This document shows positions 20,814-34,946 of a DNA stretch of 64,000 bases, one piece after another (position 1 is the first letter of the stretch; every line of letters begins with the position of its first letter). This stretch comes from an uncultured Gemmatimonadales bacterium (GTDB taxonomy: Bacteria > Gemmatimonadota > Gemmatimonadetes > Gemmatimonadales > Gemmatimonadaceae). A program made the position numbers and the translations under genes. Under the pieces are notes generated by a model. That model was not told the DNA's origin. It did not search any database and worked only from the letters and a program-made list of their open reading frames with translations. The DNA is taken from positions 960,001-1,024,000 of the forward strand of contig CAVPQB010000004.1 in the NCBI GenBank assembly GCA_963707505.1, in the 5' to 3' direction.

Positions 20814-21416
20814 CTACGCTTCGAATCTCCGTCCCACCTCGGGCCAGTTCACGACGTTCCACCACGCCTTGACGTAATCGGGGCGCCGGTTCTGGTACTT
20901 GAGATAGTACGCATGCTCCCATACGTCCACGCCGAGTATTGGATGCTTCTTTTCCATCACAGGAGTGTCCTGATTCGGCGTGCTCGTGATGCTCAGCGTG
21001 CCGCCATCCTTTACGAGCCACGCCCAGCCTGAGCCAAAGCGCTTTGCGGCAGCGTCTGCGAACTGCGTCTGGAACGTCGCGAAATCGCCGAACGATTTCT
21101 TGATTGCGTCCGCAAGCTTGCCCGTCGGCTCGCCACCACCTTTTGGCGACATGATCTCCCAGAACATCGAGTGATTCCAGTGGCCGCCGGCGTTGTTGCG
21201 CACCGCTGTCCGAATGGATTCGGGAACCGAATCAAGATGTTGTAGCAGATCGTCGAGTGACCTGGACTGCAGCTCGGGAGCCTTCTCGAGCGCGGCATTG
21301 AGATTGTTCACATATCCGGCATGATGCTTGTCATGATGGATCTCCATCGTGCGTGCATCGATCGACGGCTCCAGTGCAGCAAAGTCGTACGGCAGGGCGG
21401 GGAGCGTAAAAGCCAT
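20814..21416 (-). CDS. sodA: Superoxide dismutase (Mn/Fe family)
   Basis: [26 protein letters not shown] and DVWEHAYY; the GG and QD motifs point to the Mn type. Confidence 0.93.
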   Translation of the reverse strand: MAFTLPALPYDFAALEPSIDARTMEIHHDKHHAGYVNNLNAALEKAPELQSRSLDDLLQHLDSVPESIRTAVRNNAGGHWNHSMFWEIMSPKGGGEPTGKLADAIKKSFGDFATFQTQFADAAAKRFGSGWAWLVKDGGTLSITSTPNQDTPVMEKKHPILGVDVWEHAYYLKYQNRRPDYVKAWWNVVNWPEVGRRFEA

Positions 21417-21420
21417 GACT

Positions 21421-22053
21421 TCAGGTCTCCAGTTTGGTTTTGTAGCGAGCTTTGTACCGGGCGATGATCGCCGGCAGTATGGACAGAAACACGATAACCA
21501 GAATGATCAGCTCAATGTGCTTTGCGACACCGGGAAATGTCCGACCGAGCGAGTAGCCGAGGAGCAGCATAGACCATACCCAGGCCACTCCGCCCACGAC
21601 GTTGTAGGCGAGGAATCGCGAGTACTGCATCTCACCCATGCCCGCGACTACTGGTGCGAAGGTACGGATGATCGGCATGAATCGCGCAATAAGAATCGTC
21701 TTCCCGCCGTGCCGCTCGTAGAACTCATGTGCCTTCACGAGATGTTTACGGTTGAATAGAAGAGAGTCTTCGCGCGTAAACAGATGAGGACCACTGGCCT
21801 TTCCGATTGCGTAGCCAACGGTGTCACCAACCACTGCCGCAACACTGAGAACGAGACCCAGGAGCCAAACGTCGATGTATCCCTGCGAGCCCAATAGTCC
21901 GGCCGAAACGAGCAGTGAATCACCGGGCAGAAAGAACCCGATCAACAGCCCCGTTTCCGCGAAAATTATTGCGGCCATGCCGGTGTACCCGGCCGCCTGC
22001 ACCAGCCCTGAAACGTCGCGCAGCCGGTTGAAGAGCTCCGATAAACCGTGCAT
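21421..22053 (-). CDS. dedA: DedA family membrane protein
   Basis: [44 protein letters not shown]. Confidence 0.92.
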   Translation of the reverse strand: MHGLSELFNRLRDVSGLVQAAGYTGMAAIIFAETGLLIGFFLPGDSLLVSAGLLGSQGYIDVWLLGLVLSVAAVVGDTVGYAIGKASGPHLFTREDSLLFNRKHLVKAHEFYERHGGKTILIARFMPIIRTFAPVVAGMGEMQYSRFLAYNVVGGVAWVWSMLLLGYSLGRTFPGVAKHIELIILVIVFLSILPAIIARYKARYKTKLET

Positions 22054-22062
22054 TCTGTGGGG

Positions 22063-23142
22063 ATGAGTGTTGATGGGGTGGTCGTCCGCCGGACTGGCCG
22101 GACTGGCCGGACTGGCTGGGCAGGCCGCGCTACGCTACCCGCCCGGGCCGGCTTATCCAAGCGAGCCGAACAAGCGTTCGAAAAGGCTTCGAGCGCGTTT
22201 GTCATTCTGCTCGGATGCGCCTGGGCTTTTTCGATAGCTTCGGCACGGGCGACAGGGGACAAAGTTAACATCGTGACCCCTGCCTCAGCCGCGGTCGTCA
22301 ACGGATTGAGCGACGCGGATGCGCCAACCGCGGCTTATGTGACCGACGCCGTCAACAGGAAAGTGGTCGCGACCATCGAGGGTGATGCAGCGGGTGAGAG
22401 TGGCAAGCTGCGCGCGGAAATTCGCAGCGCGAGCGAGCAACCCGGCATCGTGAAGGCTGCGATTGCGGCCGGCGGTGCGCTTCGGCGGGTTGCCGATTTC
22501 AACCTCATCACGCCTCGCCCCGCCAGCGACGTGCATCGGGGGCGTCTCGGGCTGTACTACATTGGGAACTGGCCGCGTGCGAGCAGCGCCAAGGGTGGCC
22601 GCGTCGCGTATCGTCCGCCAAGCGGCTTCATCGAAGTTACGCGGGCAAATGAGGATACCAGGCTGTCGCAGCACTTCGAGATCAAGGATTTCCTCACGCA
22701 CGATCAGGGCGATGTGTGGCCCAAGTACGTGGTCGTCAGCATGAAGCTGGTGGACAAGCTCGAGCTGGTACTGGATGATCTCCGCGCGCATGGCGTGAAT
22801 CCTGAAGGGGTTCATGTGATGAGCGGATTTCGCACTCCGCAGTACAACCGCGGCGGTGGCGATCCCAGTGGGCGGGCAACACTGAGCCGGCACATGTACG
22901 GTGACGCCGCCGACATCTACATCGACAACAATGGCACCGGCGAGATGAGTGACCTGAATCACGACGGCCGGGTCGACCTTGCTGACGCGCGCGTGATACT
23001 TGCTTCTGTGGATCGCGTTGAGCGTGAGCACCCCTCGCTCGTGGGGGGGTGTGGAGTTTATGTCGGGAATGGGTCGCATGGCCCGTTCGTGCACATCGAT
23101 ACGCGCGGCTACCCGGCGCGATGGACTGGAACAGGAGACTGA
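22063..23142 (+). CDS. Peptidase M15 (D-Ala-D-Ala / YcbK-like) exported protein; start uncertain
   Basis: SGFRTPQYN, SRHMYGDAADI, FVHIDTRG; EF-hand-like DLNHDGRVD. The true start may lie downstream of 22063. Confidence 0.8.
   Translation: MSVDGVVVRRTGRTGRTGWAGRATLPARAGLSKRAEQAFEKASSAFVILLGCAWAFSIASARATGDKVNIVTPASAAVVNGLSDADAPTAAYVTDAVNRKVVATIEGDAAGESGKLRAEIRSASEQPGIVKAAIAAGGALRRVADFNLITPRPASDVHRGRLGLYYIGNWPRASSAKGGRVAYRPPSGFIEVTRANEDTRLSQHFEIKDFLTHDQGDVWPKYVVVSMKLVDKLELVLDDLRAHGVNPEGVHVMSGFRTPQYNRGGGDPSGRATLSRHMYGDAADIYIDNNGTGEMSDLNHDGRVDLADARVILASVDRVEREHPSLVGGCGVYVGNGSHGPFVHIDTRGYPARWTGTGD
22088..22123. repeat. 9-bp tandem repeat (GCCGGACTG)x3 plus one degenerate copy
   Basis: Direct reading of 22088-22123. 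Confidence 0.85.
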
Positions 23143-23145
23143 GCA

Positions 23146-23620
23146 ATGGCCGACCTGATAGAGAGAATTGTCCCGCGCGGAGACGCGGTCGAAACGGATA
23201 ATGCTGCTGCGCTGCCGACGGACGAGCAGCGTGGGCGGAGGCCGGTGACCACGCCCAAGGTTCGCGTGCGTGCGGCCGACCTCGAGCCTTACATTGGGCT
23301 CAAGTACCTTTCTCGGCTGTTCAAGCTGATGGCGATCGTCCTGATACTTCTGCTCGTGTCCGAAATCATCACCGGACTCGTTGACGAGCGGTCTCGACGC
23401 CCTCCCGACGCTGTTGGGCGAGGTGAGCCGTCTGGTAGTGTTCGCCGGGCTGCTGTGGGGCAGCGGTGATCTCGCGATTCTGCTGATCGACATGGGCCAC
23501 GATCTTCGTGCCACCCGCATCCTCATCGGGCGGCAGCTCGCTCACACGATGGATGAGCATCCGGCGCACATCGACCCCGGGATGTCGCCTCCGCTTGGCG
23601 AGTACGATGCGCCGGTATGA
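23146..23620 (+). CDS. Hypothetical two-TM membrane protein; frameshift near 23390
   Basis: EPYIGLKYLSRLFKLMAIVL in one frame joins GLLWGSGDLAILLIDMGHDLRATRIL in the next. Confidence 0.7.
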
Positions 23621-23676
23621 CTGTTGCGCTTGGTGAGCGGTAGTCGGCTTCACACTTTTCCGGACGAGGCTATACA

Positions 23677-23829
23677 ATGCTCTGGACCATTGCTCTGATC
23701 CTGTTTGTGCTATGGCTGCTTGGTTTTCTGGTGTTTCCGATTGCCGGCGGGCTTATCCACATTCTGCTCGTCCTGGCGATCATCGTCGTCCTTTATCGCC
23801 TGATTACCGGACGGCGTCCTGTGGTGTAG
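23677..23829 (+). CDS. lmo0937 / DUF5670-family small membrane protein (50 aa)
   Basis: MLWTIALILFVLWLLGFLVFPIAGGLIHILLVLAIIVVLYRLITGRRPVV; GAGG RBS; below the ORF-track cutoff. Confidence 0.88.
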   Translation: MLWTIALILFVLWLLGFLVFPIAGGLIHILLVLAIIVVLYRLITGRRPVV

Positions 23830-23849
23830 GTCGGTCGCGCCACGCAGCT

Positions 23850-23907
23850 CGAAACGCGAGAACCGCGGTGGCTCGTTCGACCGGGCACGCCGTGGTTCTC
23901 GTTTTCG
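23850..23907 (+). terminator. Probable intrinsic terminator
   Basis: CGAGAACCGCGG...CCGTGGTTCTCG stem followed by TTTT after the small-protein gene. Confidence 0.5.
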
Positions 23908-23931
23908 GTGTATGACGTAGTACCTTACGCC

Positions 23932-24690
23932 GTGCCGGAAACCATCCTCTCACGCGTAGTCGTCGTACTGTACGAGCCGCAGGATCCGGTGAACATTGGC
24001 GCGACCGTGCGCGCCATGAAGAACATGGGTGCGCCGTGATCTCCGTCTCGTGCGCCCGTGCGAGTACACCGACGTAAGGCTGGCCGGAATCGCGCACGGG
24101 ACCGCCGACATCATCGAGCGAATCCAGCATTTCGATACGCTGGATGAAGCGCTTGCCGATTGCGTTAAGGTCGCGGCCTTCACGGCTCGACGGCGTGCGG
24201 CCAAACGTGTGCTTACCGATGCGCGGGAGGCGGCTCCCTCATGCGGGCGGCGACTCACGAAGGGACGGTCGCGCTTCTGTTCGGGCGGGAAGACAGTGGA
24301 CTTGCCCAATGATGCCATGGATCGCGCCCATCTCGTCGTCACGATCTCGACCACCGAACACAGCTCGCTGAACCTGGCGCAGGCCGTGTTGCTCGCTCTC
24401 TATGAGCTGCATCTGGTCGCGGCCGATGCAACCCGGAATCATCGCTCCGCCCAAGCGCGACGCGCCGGCGGCGCTCGCGGCCGATTACGAGCTGATGTTC
24501 AGCGATGCGGAGAAGGCGCTCGAGGCAGGTTCAGTTCTTCAAGACGCGTCACCACGAGCGCATCATGCGATCGATCAGGTCGCTGGCGTTCCGTGCGTCA
24601 CCGGACACGCGCGAGATCGCGCTGCTTCGCGCGATGTCGATCGAGGTTTTGCGCACCATCGATCGCATCAAGCGCGGCCTTGCATCATAG
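23932..24690 (+). CDS. trmJ: TrmJ/TrmH-family SPOUT RNA methyltransferase; several frameshifts
   Basis: VVLYEPQDPVNIGATVRAMKNMG, LLFGRED and SSLNLAQAV pieces in shifting frames. Confidence 0.78.
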
Positions 24691-24724
24691 GCCCGCACGG
24701 GTGATTATTGGACGACATCTTGGC

Positions 24725-24742
24725 TTGTGAAATTCTTCACAA
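24725..24742. promoter_or_regulatory. Rex-type operator (also fits the CRP-family TGTGA-N6-TCACA)
   Basis: TTGTGAA-ATTC-TTCACAA, 40 bp upstream of the actA start. Confidence 0.75.
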
Positions 24743-24781
24743 AGCCGATCGATTAACTCGCCTTTACTCGATAATTCGCGG

Positions 24782-25318
24782 ATGAACTTGCGAAGCAAAT
24801 GGCTAGCAGTGCCGGGATTCGTATGCATCGCGGCACTCGCCACCATGCTCTCGGCATATAGCGGCGCCTCTTCGTCGAGGGAAACAGCCCGGTGCAACCG
24901 GTCGCGTTTCGCCACACGCTCCACGTGGAGACGCTGAAGATGAACTGCCTCTACTGTCACTTCTCCGCCAACAAGTCGTTCGATCCCGGGACTGCCCGCG
25001 GTCGGAACGTGCATGGGCTGTCACACCGTCGTCGCCGACGGCAATAAGGCGGAGATCAAGAAGCTGGCGGCGTTCTGGAACAAGAAGCAGCCAGTCCCGT
25101 GGATCCGCATCCACAAGCTTCCCGAGTACGTCCACTTCCCGCACATGCGTCACGTGAACGCGGGCGTCACCTGCCAGACCTGTCACGGACAGATCCAGAA
25201 CATGAAGCAGGTTTACCAGGCTTCGTCGCTCAACATGGGCTGGTGCATCAACTGTCACATCGGTCAGTCGAATCCGCCTTTCCGCGCGAGATACGACTGC
25301 AGCTCGTGCCACTACTAG
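24782..25318 (+). CDS. actA: Alternative complex III pentaheme cytochrome c subunit; frameshifted
   Basis: N-terminal TM and five CxxCH motifs across frames (CLYCH, CMGCH, CQTCH, CINCH, CSSCH); VPWIRIHKLPEYVHFPH. Confidence 0.88.
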
Positions 25319-25324
25319 ACCCGA

Positions 25325-28421
<3,097 letters not shown>

Positions 28422-28429
28422 AGTCCGCG

Positions 28430-29907
28430 ATGGCAACGCTCACGCAAGCCGGTACCAGCGCGACGACGAGCCGCGCCGCCCGAACATCGCCGACCGCCGA
28501 CGTACAGCTTCCCGCGGTCAAGGATTACGAGCAGGTCGATCGACGAGATAGTCGGCGACGCTTCACCCCACCGTCGCGTGGTTCATCGGGCTCGGCGTGG
28601 CGATTTTCTTCCTGCTCATCGGCGCGCTGCGCGTGGATGTACCAGATCTACACCGGACTCGGCGTCGCCGGATACAACCCGCCGGTCATGTGGGGCGTGT
28701 ACATCGTCACCTTCGTGTTCTGGGTCGGTATCGGACACGCGGGAACGCTCATCTCGGCGATTCTTTATCTGTTCCGCGCCGGATTCCGAACGACGATCTA
28801 TCGGTGCGCCGAAGCGATGACGGTGTTCGCCGTCATGACCGCCGGACTGTTCCCGATTCTGCACCTCGGCCGCCCATGGAAGTTCTTCTGGCTGATTCCG
28901 TATCCGAACTGGCGCTACATCTGGCCGCAGTTCAAGAGTCCGCTGGTGTGGGACGTGTTCGCGATCCTCACGTACCTCACGGTTTCGCGCGACATTCCTT
29001 TACATCGGACTCGATTCCCGACATTCGCGGTTCTGCGCGACCGCGAGAAAAGAGTCCGATCAGCAAGCGCATCTTCGCGCAGCTCTCGCTTCGGCTGGCG
29101 TAACACCGATCGCGAGTGGCGCCACTTCGTTCGCGCGTATCTCTTCCTCGCTGCGTTCTCGACACCGCTCGTGCTGTCGGTTCACTCGGTGGTGTCGTTC
29201 GACTTCGCCATGTCGCTGACGTGCCGGGTTGGCACACAACGATGTTCCCGCCGTACTTCGTCGCTGGCGCGATCTTCTCGGGCATCGGAATGGTCTTCAC
29301 GATCATCATCCCGCTGCGCAAGTGGTTCGGGCTCAAGCATTACGTGACGATCAACGATCTCGACGCGGCGGCAAAGCTCGCGCTGTTCACGTCGCTCGTT
29401 GTCGGCGTGCGCGTACCATGACGAGTGGTTTGTCGCGTGGTACAGCGGAAGTCCCGCCGAGAAGCAGTTCTTCGCGAATCGCATCTGGGGCCAGTGGTGG
29501 TGGGCGTCGGCATTGCTGTACACCTGCAACATGTGCTGCCGCTGTCGCTCTTCTCGCAGAGGTGCGCCGAAACACGACCTGGCTCTTCATTCTGTCGATC
29601 TTCATCAACATCGGCATGTGGTTCGAGCGCTTCGTGATCGTGGTGCCATCGCTGTCGCACGAGTTCGAGCCGTGGCAGTGGGCCGGCTACCGCCCGACAT
29701 GGGTCGACTACGCAATTCTGTGCGGATCGTTCGGCTGGTTCTCGATGTGGTTCCTGCTCTTCATCAAGCAGTTCCCGGTGATCGCGATCTGACGGAGATC
29801 AAGGAGATCGTGAAGCCGCGATTGAAATTCCGGCATCCGCAGGGCGTGGATTCGTACGGCTCATCACGTTGCCATTCGATGCCGACACACCAGGAGAGTT
29901 CGACTGA
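28430..29907 (+). CDS. actC: Alternative complex III ActC (NrfD/PsrC family); frameshifted
   Basis: FVFWVGIGHAGTLISAIL, HLGRPW, SPLVWD, PLVLSVHSVVSFDF, PPYFVAGAIFSG, NIGMWFERF. Confidence 0.9.
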
Positions 29908-30409
29908 TGCGCGGCGTAATCGGGCTGTTTCGCGAGCTCGATACCACGTGTCGACGCGATAGCGATCCTCAAGAAGAAGAAGGTCGGCGAATTCACGGTC
30001 TATTCTCCGACACCGCGTCACGAGATCGAGCATGCGATCGACACGGGACCGAGCGCGGTGCGCGTCTTCACGCTCATCGGCGGGTTGTGCGGTGTGACGT
30101 TCGGTTACTGGATCGCGATCTGGATCTCGGATTACTGGCCGCTCGTCGTCGGTGGCAAGGCGATCGCGACGTGGGTTCCGTACACGGTGTTCGGCTTCGA
30201 GGTCATGGTGCTCATCGGAGCGCTATCCACCGTGGCCGGTCTGTTCGCGACCGCGAGATTTCCGCGTATCACGCACGACGGTCGGATACGATTCACGATT
30301 CAGCTACGGTGATTACGGCGTCTGGGTCGAGCCGTCGCCAGACAAGATGCAGGAGGCAGAGCAGTTGCTACGTGATGCTGGTGCAGTGGAGGTGCGCGTT
30401 GAACGCTAG
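29907..30409 (+). CDS. actD: Alternative complex III ActD (DUF3341); frameshifted
   Basis: YSPTP, two TM helices around DYWPLVVGGK, FEVMVLIGAL, YDSRFS, GAVEVR. Confidence 0.85.
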
Positions 30410-31198
30410 AGCCATTCGCGCGTTGCTTGCAATCGCGCCTCTTACTCTCAGTCTCTCGGCGTGCGAGTGGTTCAGCGACTTCCGTCGCCAGCCGTCGTTG
30501 CACCGTGGCAGCCGATTCACTGTGACGCGCGTCGCGACGTGTGCGACGAGACAATTCCGTCGCGCGGCAATCCGCAGAATTCCGTGTCGATTTACGGAAC
30601 CGAGCGCGCCGGATTCGAGACTTCGTACGCCGCGCTACCGGGCACGATCGACTCGATGTCGAATCTCGTCAATCCGACGCCGGTTACTGCTGCGTCGCTC
30701 GCCAACGGACACAAGTACTTCGAGGTCAACTGCGAGGTCTGTCACGGCGAGAAGGGACTGGGTGACGGTCCGGCTACCAAGTATGGAATGATCGGCATCA
30801 ACCTCACGATGGACATCACCAAGAACCGCAGCGACGGTTACATCTTCGGAATGATCCGGAACGGACGCGGCGCGATGCCGTCGTACAACCGGATCGAGGA
30901 GATGGATCGCTGGGACGTCGTCAATTACATTCGCGCGCTACAGGGCAAGGTCGACGTGAAGGTTGCGACTGGGCCGCTTGCGGAACCTGGAGTCACGGGA
31001 CGCTGGGTGCCGGGATACACCAAGACTGCGCCCGATCGTCCTGCGCCGTTCGTTCCGCCGTATGAAGGAAGCGCCAAGGCGTGGTATCACGCTGGCGAAG
31101 CTCCGCCCGCGCTCGACATGAGGTCGCCGCGGGTTGGCCCACCACCGCTTGATTCCAACGTGTACAAGACAGGTATTCCGCAGGGGGTGAAGCGATGA
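30399..31198 (+). CDS. actE: Alternative complex III ActE monoheme cytochrome c lipoprotein; frameshift near 30505
   Basis: Lipobox LSAC, CEVCH, DGYIFGMIRNGRGAMPSY, RWDVVNYIRALQ. Confidence 0.85.
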
Positions 31199-32524
31199 GC
31201 GATCATGGACCGCACATCTTCACGCGGGAAGAGGTAATCGCCGGCAGTCAGACTCCGGTCGCGAGCTGGGTCAAGATGTCGTGCGCGATTCTGGCAATCA
31301 TCGGAACCGTGACGTTCATCTTCGGTGCGTTCGTCGGTGCCGATCGTGCGTGGCAGGCATTGCACTTCAACTGGTTGTTCTTCAGCACGGTATCGTCCGC
31401 GGGTGTGACGGTGGTCGCCGTGCAGCGTATCACCACTGCGCGCTGGTCGCGACCCGTGGTGCGGTTCATGGAAGGCTACGTCGCCTTCCTGCCGGTCGCG
31501 TTCGTGATTCTCTGCCTTTCGCTGACCATCGGACGTGATCACATCTTCCCCTGGGCAACGCATCCTCTGATGATCGAGGAGAAGCGCCAGTATCTCAACG
31601 TTCCGTTCTTCGTCACGCGCGATCTGGTGATGTTCGCAATTCAGACGATTCTGAGCGTGTGGTACATCTACACCTCCGTGCGGCTCGACGTCGGCGTCGT
31701 GCCGGAGAGTGGCGCATCATGGGCGCGCGGAATCCGCGAGCGTATGCGGAATGGCTTTGGTGAGGAGCGCCGGGAGCTTCACTCGACGCATTCGCTTCAG
31801 GGCAAGCTCGCGGTTGCATGGTCTTCGCATTCGCGCTGTTCTGGATCATCATGTCGTGGGATCTCTCGATGTCGCTCGATCCGCACTTCCAGAGCACGAT
31901 GTACGGTTACTGGTTCTTCATGGGTGCGTGGGTCGCGGCGATCGCAGCTGGACGCTCATCACGATGGCGTGGCGGAGTCACCTGCGCCGCCAGGACATGA
32001 TCACGGACGTCCACTTCCACGACCTCGGCAAGCTGTGCTTCGCGTTCACCGCGTTCTGGGGTTATCTGACCTTCGGCCAGTACCTGGTTATCTGGTACGG
32101 CAACCTCGGTGAGGAAACGCACTGGGCTCGTCTGCGGCTGATCGCGCCGTGGAGCTGGATCACGATGACTGTGGTCGCACTTATGTTCGTGCTGCCGTTC
32201 TTTGGTCTGCTGTCGCGCGCAGCAAAGGTGTATCTACCAACGATGGCGTTCTTCGCCGCATGTCTCGTCGTGGGCCTTTAGCTGCATCGGTATGACGAGA
32301 TCTATCCGTCCATCTATGGTGTAAGAGTGGACGGTACGCTGCCATTCGGCCTCTGGGAGATCGCCATCACCGCTGGATTCCTCGGAATCTGGGGCCTGTG
32401 CTACATCGCGTTCATGGACGCGTTCCCGCGCATGCGTGTGGTGCTGATGACGTCGCCGTTCCGCGACGAGGTACAGGTGCCGGTGAATCCCAAGACGATG
32501 GACCCCCTCCCGGCGCACGAGTAG
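31195..32524 (+). CDS. actF: Alternative complex III ActF membrane subunit; frameshifts and an internal TAG at 32279-32281
   Basis: YLNVPFF, DLSMSLDPHFQSTMYG, HDLGKLCFAFTAFWGYLTFGQYLVIWYGNL. Confidence 0.85.
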
Positions 32525-32542
32525 CGTCCTCGATTAAATTCC

Positions 32543-32570
32543 GTGGTTCGCGCCCCGTGGCGCGAACCAC
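32543..32570. terminator. Hairpin after the act operon
   Basis: GTGGTTCGCGCC-ccgt-GGCGCGAACCAC, 12-bp stem between convergent genes. Confidence 0.55.
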
Positions 32571-32651
32571 CAGGGGGCTTCGTTCAACGGTAGGACATCG
32601 CCTTTGCAAGGCGAGAATAAGGGTTCGATTCCCTTAGCCTCCACTGCCGCA

Positions 32652-33662
32652 CTACGTATTGTCGCCGAATCGCCTCGCGCTCTTTCCCAGCGAAGCGACC
32701 AACCGCGCGCTCGCGTCGGGAGCGAGCGACGCCGTCACTCCCCGCTCGGCGGCTGAGATTCGGTCGTGCAGACGAGCAAAGAGCAACGACAGCGAAGCGT
32801 CAAACGGCGAATCAGCAGTGACGCGCGTGAAGTCCATCGCGCCGCTCGGCCGGTATACCAACTCGCTCGCCACGAGTGCCGTACGCTGGGCGGCGACCGA
32901 CGTCACCTCGCGCGCAACGCGATGTGCAAGTAGTTGCGCATCCCTCAACTCTCCGACGACATCCTGGAATCGCGCAAGCTCGTCCGCAACAGATGCGAGC
33001 TCCGGGGCCTGCGCCGATAATGCCTCCAGCACGTAGCGCGCACGCTTCGCCAGAATGCGCGCACGATGCAAGCGTCTGGCGTCATCCGCTGAGCGAATAC
33101 GATCGAACGCCGCCGCGAGAGCGGAAACCTGATCGCCGAGGAGCGACGCCGTCACCGCTCGCATCGAGGCAACACCGTCGCCATCGCGAACGTCATGCAC
33201 CGTGACGTAACGGCTCAGCTCCTTTCGGACCGCTCGTTCCGTGTTCACGAACTCGCGTCGCAGCAACTTCTGCAATTTTCGCCACACTGGCTTGCGGTCG
33301 CGCTTCAACTCCGCAACGATCCATGTCGCAGCCTCGAGACGGGAATCGCCCAGCGCGTTCCGCTCCGACCTCAGCCAAGCGATCTGGACATCGAGATCGC
33401 GAAGCTCTCTCGTGGCATCTGCGATTCTCTTCAGTCGACGACGAGTGCGTTTCCGAAGGGTGTCGCCAAGGCACGGCCGATACAGATGTATCCACGACCT
33501 GAGGCGCCTGAGGGCCACGCGGAAGTCATGAATCGAGTCGGCGTCGCGACGACGGATCCTGTCGTATGTGTCGGCGACGGCGTCGAGCGTGCGAAGGCCC
33601 ACGACGCGGGCTGCGCGCTGTGCACCGTCGGTGTTGGCATCCCAGTCGAGTCTTGGCGTCAT
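32652..33662 (-). CDS. CHAD domain protein
   Basis: IHDFRVALRRLRS, LRDLDV, LHRARILAKRARY, FQDVVGELRD. Confidence 0.88.
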   Translation of the reverse strand: MTPRLDWDANTDGAQRAARVVGLRTLDAVADTYDRIRRRDADSIHDFRVALRRLRSWIHLYRPCLGDTLRKRTRRRLKRIADATRELRDLDVQIAWLRSERNALGDSRLEAATWIVAELKRDRKPVWRKLQKLLRREFVNTERAVRKELSRYVTVHDVRDGDGVASMRAVTASLLGDQVSALAAAFDRIRSADDARRLHRARILAKRARYVLEALSAQAPELASVADELARFQDVVGELRDAQLLAHRVAREVTSVAAQRTALVASELVYRPSGAMDFTRVTADSPFDASLSLLFARLHDRISAAERGVTASLAPDASARLVASLGKSARRFGDNT

Positions 33663-33798
33663 TCAATAGTTTCCCAACCCCAATGATACTGTTTTCCCGA
33701 CCCGGACGTGGCTGCGACAGCCCAAACTACGTATTGGTTTCGGTCACGGGCGCTTCGCGACCCGTTGCGCTCGCCCCGCCCGCATCTTATTTCGCACG

Positions 33799-34209
33799 AT
33801 GGCAGATCGTATCCGCATTTCCAACGCGGCATCGCGCCGCGTCATCACCGGCACCACCCTGATTCTGGGTGCGGCCGGCGTCGTACTCATCTTCGCACCA
33901 ACTGAGCTCGCCAACTCGATCGGCGCGCCGCATGCAAGGGTAATAACCATCCTTCTGCAGCTGTACGGAGCCGCGCTGTTCGGACTGGCAATGACCGGAT
34001 GGATGGTCCGAGGCGCGATCGTCGGCGGGGTCTTTGGCCGCTCATACGTCGTGGGGAACGCGGCCCACGCGTTGGTGGGGGCGTTCACACTGGCCAGGCC
34101 GGCTCTGGAGGCGGGCGCGGCGCCGCTCCTGCAGATATTTGCCGGGATCTACTGGCTACTTGCCTTGACCTTCGGCTACTTAATGTTCGTAGCGACCCCG
34201 CGTTCGTAA
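33799..34209 (+). CDS. Hypothetical 4-TM membrane protein
   Basis: Four hydrophobic helices; fills the gap between CHAD and the peroxiredoxin gene. Confidence 0.7.
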   Translation: MADRIRISNAASRRVITGTTLILGAAGVVLIFAPTELANSIGAPHARVITILLQLYGAALFGLAMTGWMVRGAIVGGVFGRSYVVGNAAHALVGAFTLARPALEAGAAPLLQIFAGIYWLLALTFGYLMFVATPRS

Positions 34210-34257
34210 AACGGTGTCGAGGAACCGGTCGGGCACGAACGAGGAGACTGAGCGAAA

Positions 34258-34374
34258 ATGAGTCGGCGGCAACCGTCCGGAAAGGGACCTAAGCGAAAAA
34301 GCGACAATATCGTCATCCTGTACGCCATCGTCTTCTGCATCGTGCTGGTGGTGTACATCCGTTACATCATGTGA
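34258..34374 (+). CDS. Putative 38-aa single-TM small protein
   Basis: MSRRQPSGKGPKRKSDNIVILYAIVFCIVLVVYIRYIM; GAGGAG about 11 nt upstream. Confidence 0.5.
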   Translation: MSRRQPSGKGPKRKSDNIVILYAIVFCIVLVVYIRYIM

Positions 34375-34385
34375 TCCCAACCCCC

Positions 34386-34859
34386 ATGCAAATCCAGAAT
34401 CAGCCAGTACCTGCCGTTGGATCCATCGCCCCCGACTTCACACTCGGCTCGACGTCCGGGCAGCAGGTAACCCTGTCATCGTCGCGCGGAAAGAACGCGG
34501 TGCTGATCGCCTTCTTTCCGCTCGCCTTTACGAGCACGTGCACGGCAGAGCTCTGTGAGTTCTCGGACGACTACGACGAGTTTGTGCGCGCCGGAGTGGT
34601 GGTGCTGCCGATTTCTGTCGATTCCGTACCGACGCTCAAGGAGTTCAAGGCCAAGCATCACATGAAGACTGATCTGTTGTCGGACTTCAAGCGCGATGCC
34701 GGGCAGGCGTACGGCGTGATGTGGCAGGATGCGTTCTTTACGAACCGTGCATACTTTCTGATCGACAAGAACGGTGTGGTGCGGTGGGAGCACGTCGAGG
34801 AAACGCCGAGTGGAAAGCGGAGCAACGCGGAGATATTGGCGGAGATCGCGAAGCTATAA
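34386..34859 (+). CDS. Peroxiredoxin (AhpC/TSA, AhpE-like)
   Basis: APDFTL, FFPLAFTSTCTAELC, ISVD, LLSDF, RAYFLIDKNGVVRW. Confidence 0.9.
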   Translation: MQIQNQPVPAVGSIAPDFTLGSTSGQQVTLSSSRGKNAVLIAFFPLAFTSTCTAELCEFSDDYDEFVRAGVVVLPISVDSVPTLKEFKAKHHMKTDLLSDFKRDAGQAYGVMWQDAFFTNRAYFLIDKNGVVRWEHVEETPSGKRSNAEILAEIAKL

Positions 34860-34876
34860 CGCGAAAAGGGGGGTCA

Positions 34877-34939
34877 GGAAAATGGGGTCAGAGTGGTGTT
34901 TTCTGCTTCTCAGAAAACACCACTCTGACCCCATTTTCC
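34877..34939. repeat. Perfect 29-bp inverted repeat with GGGGTCAGAG / CTCTGACCCC core (REP-like)
   Basis: GGAAAATGGGGTCAGAGTGGTGTTTTCTG-cttct-CAGAAAACACCACTCTGACCCCATTTTCC; partial extra GGGGGGTCAG copy just upstream. Confidence 0.8.
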
Positions 34940-34946
34940 GCGGTTC

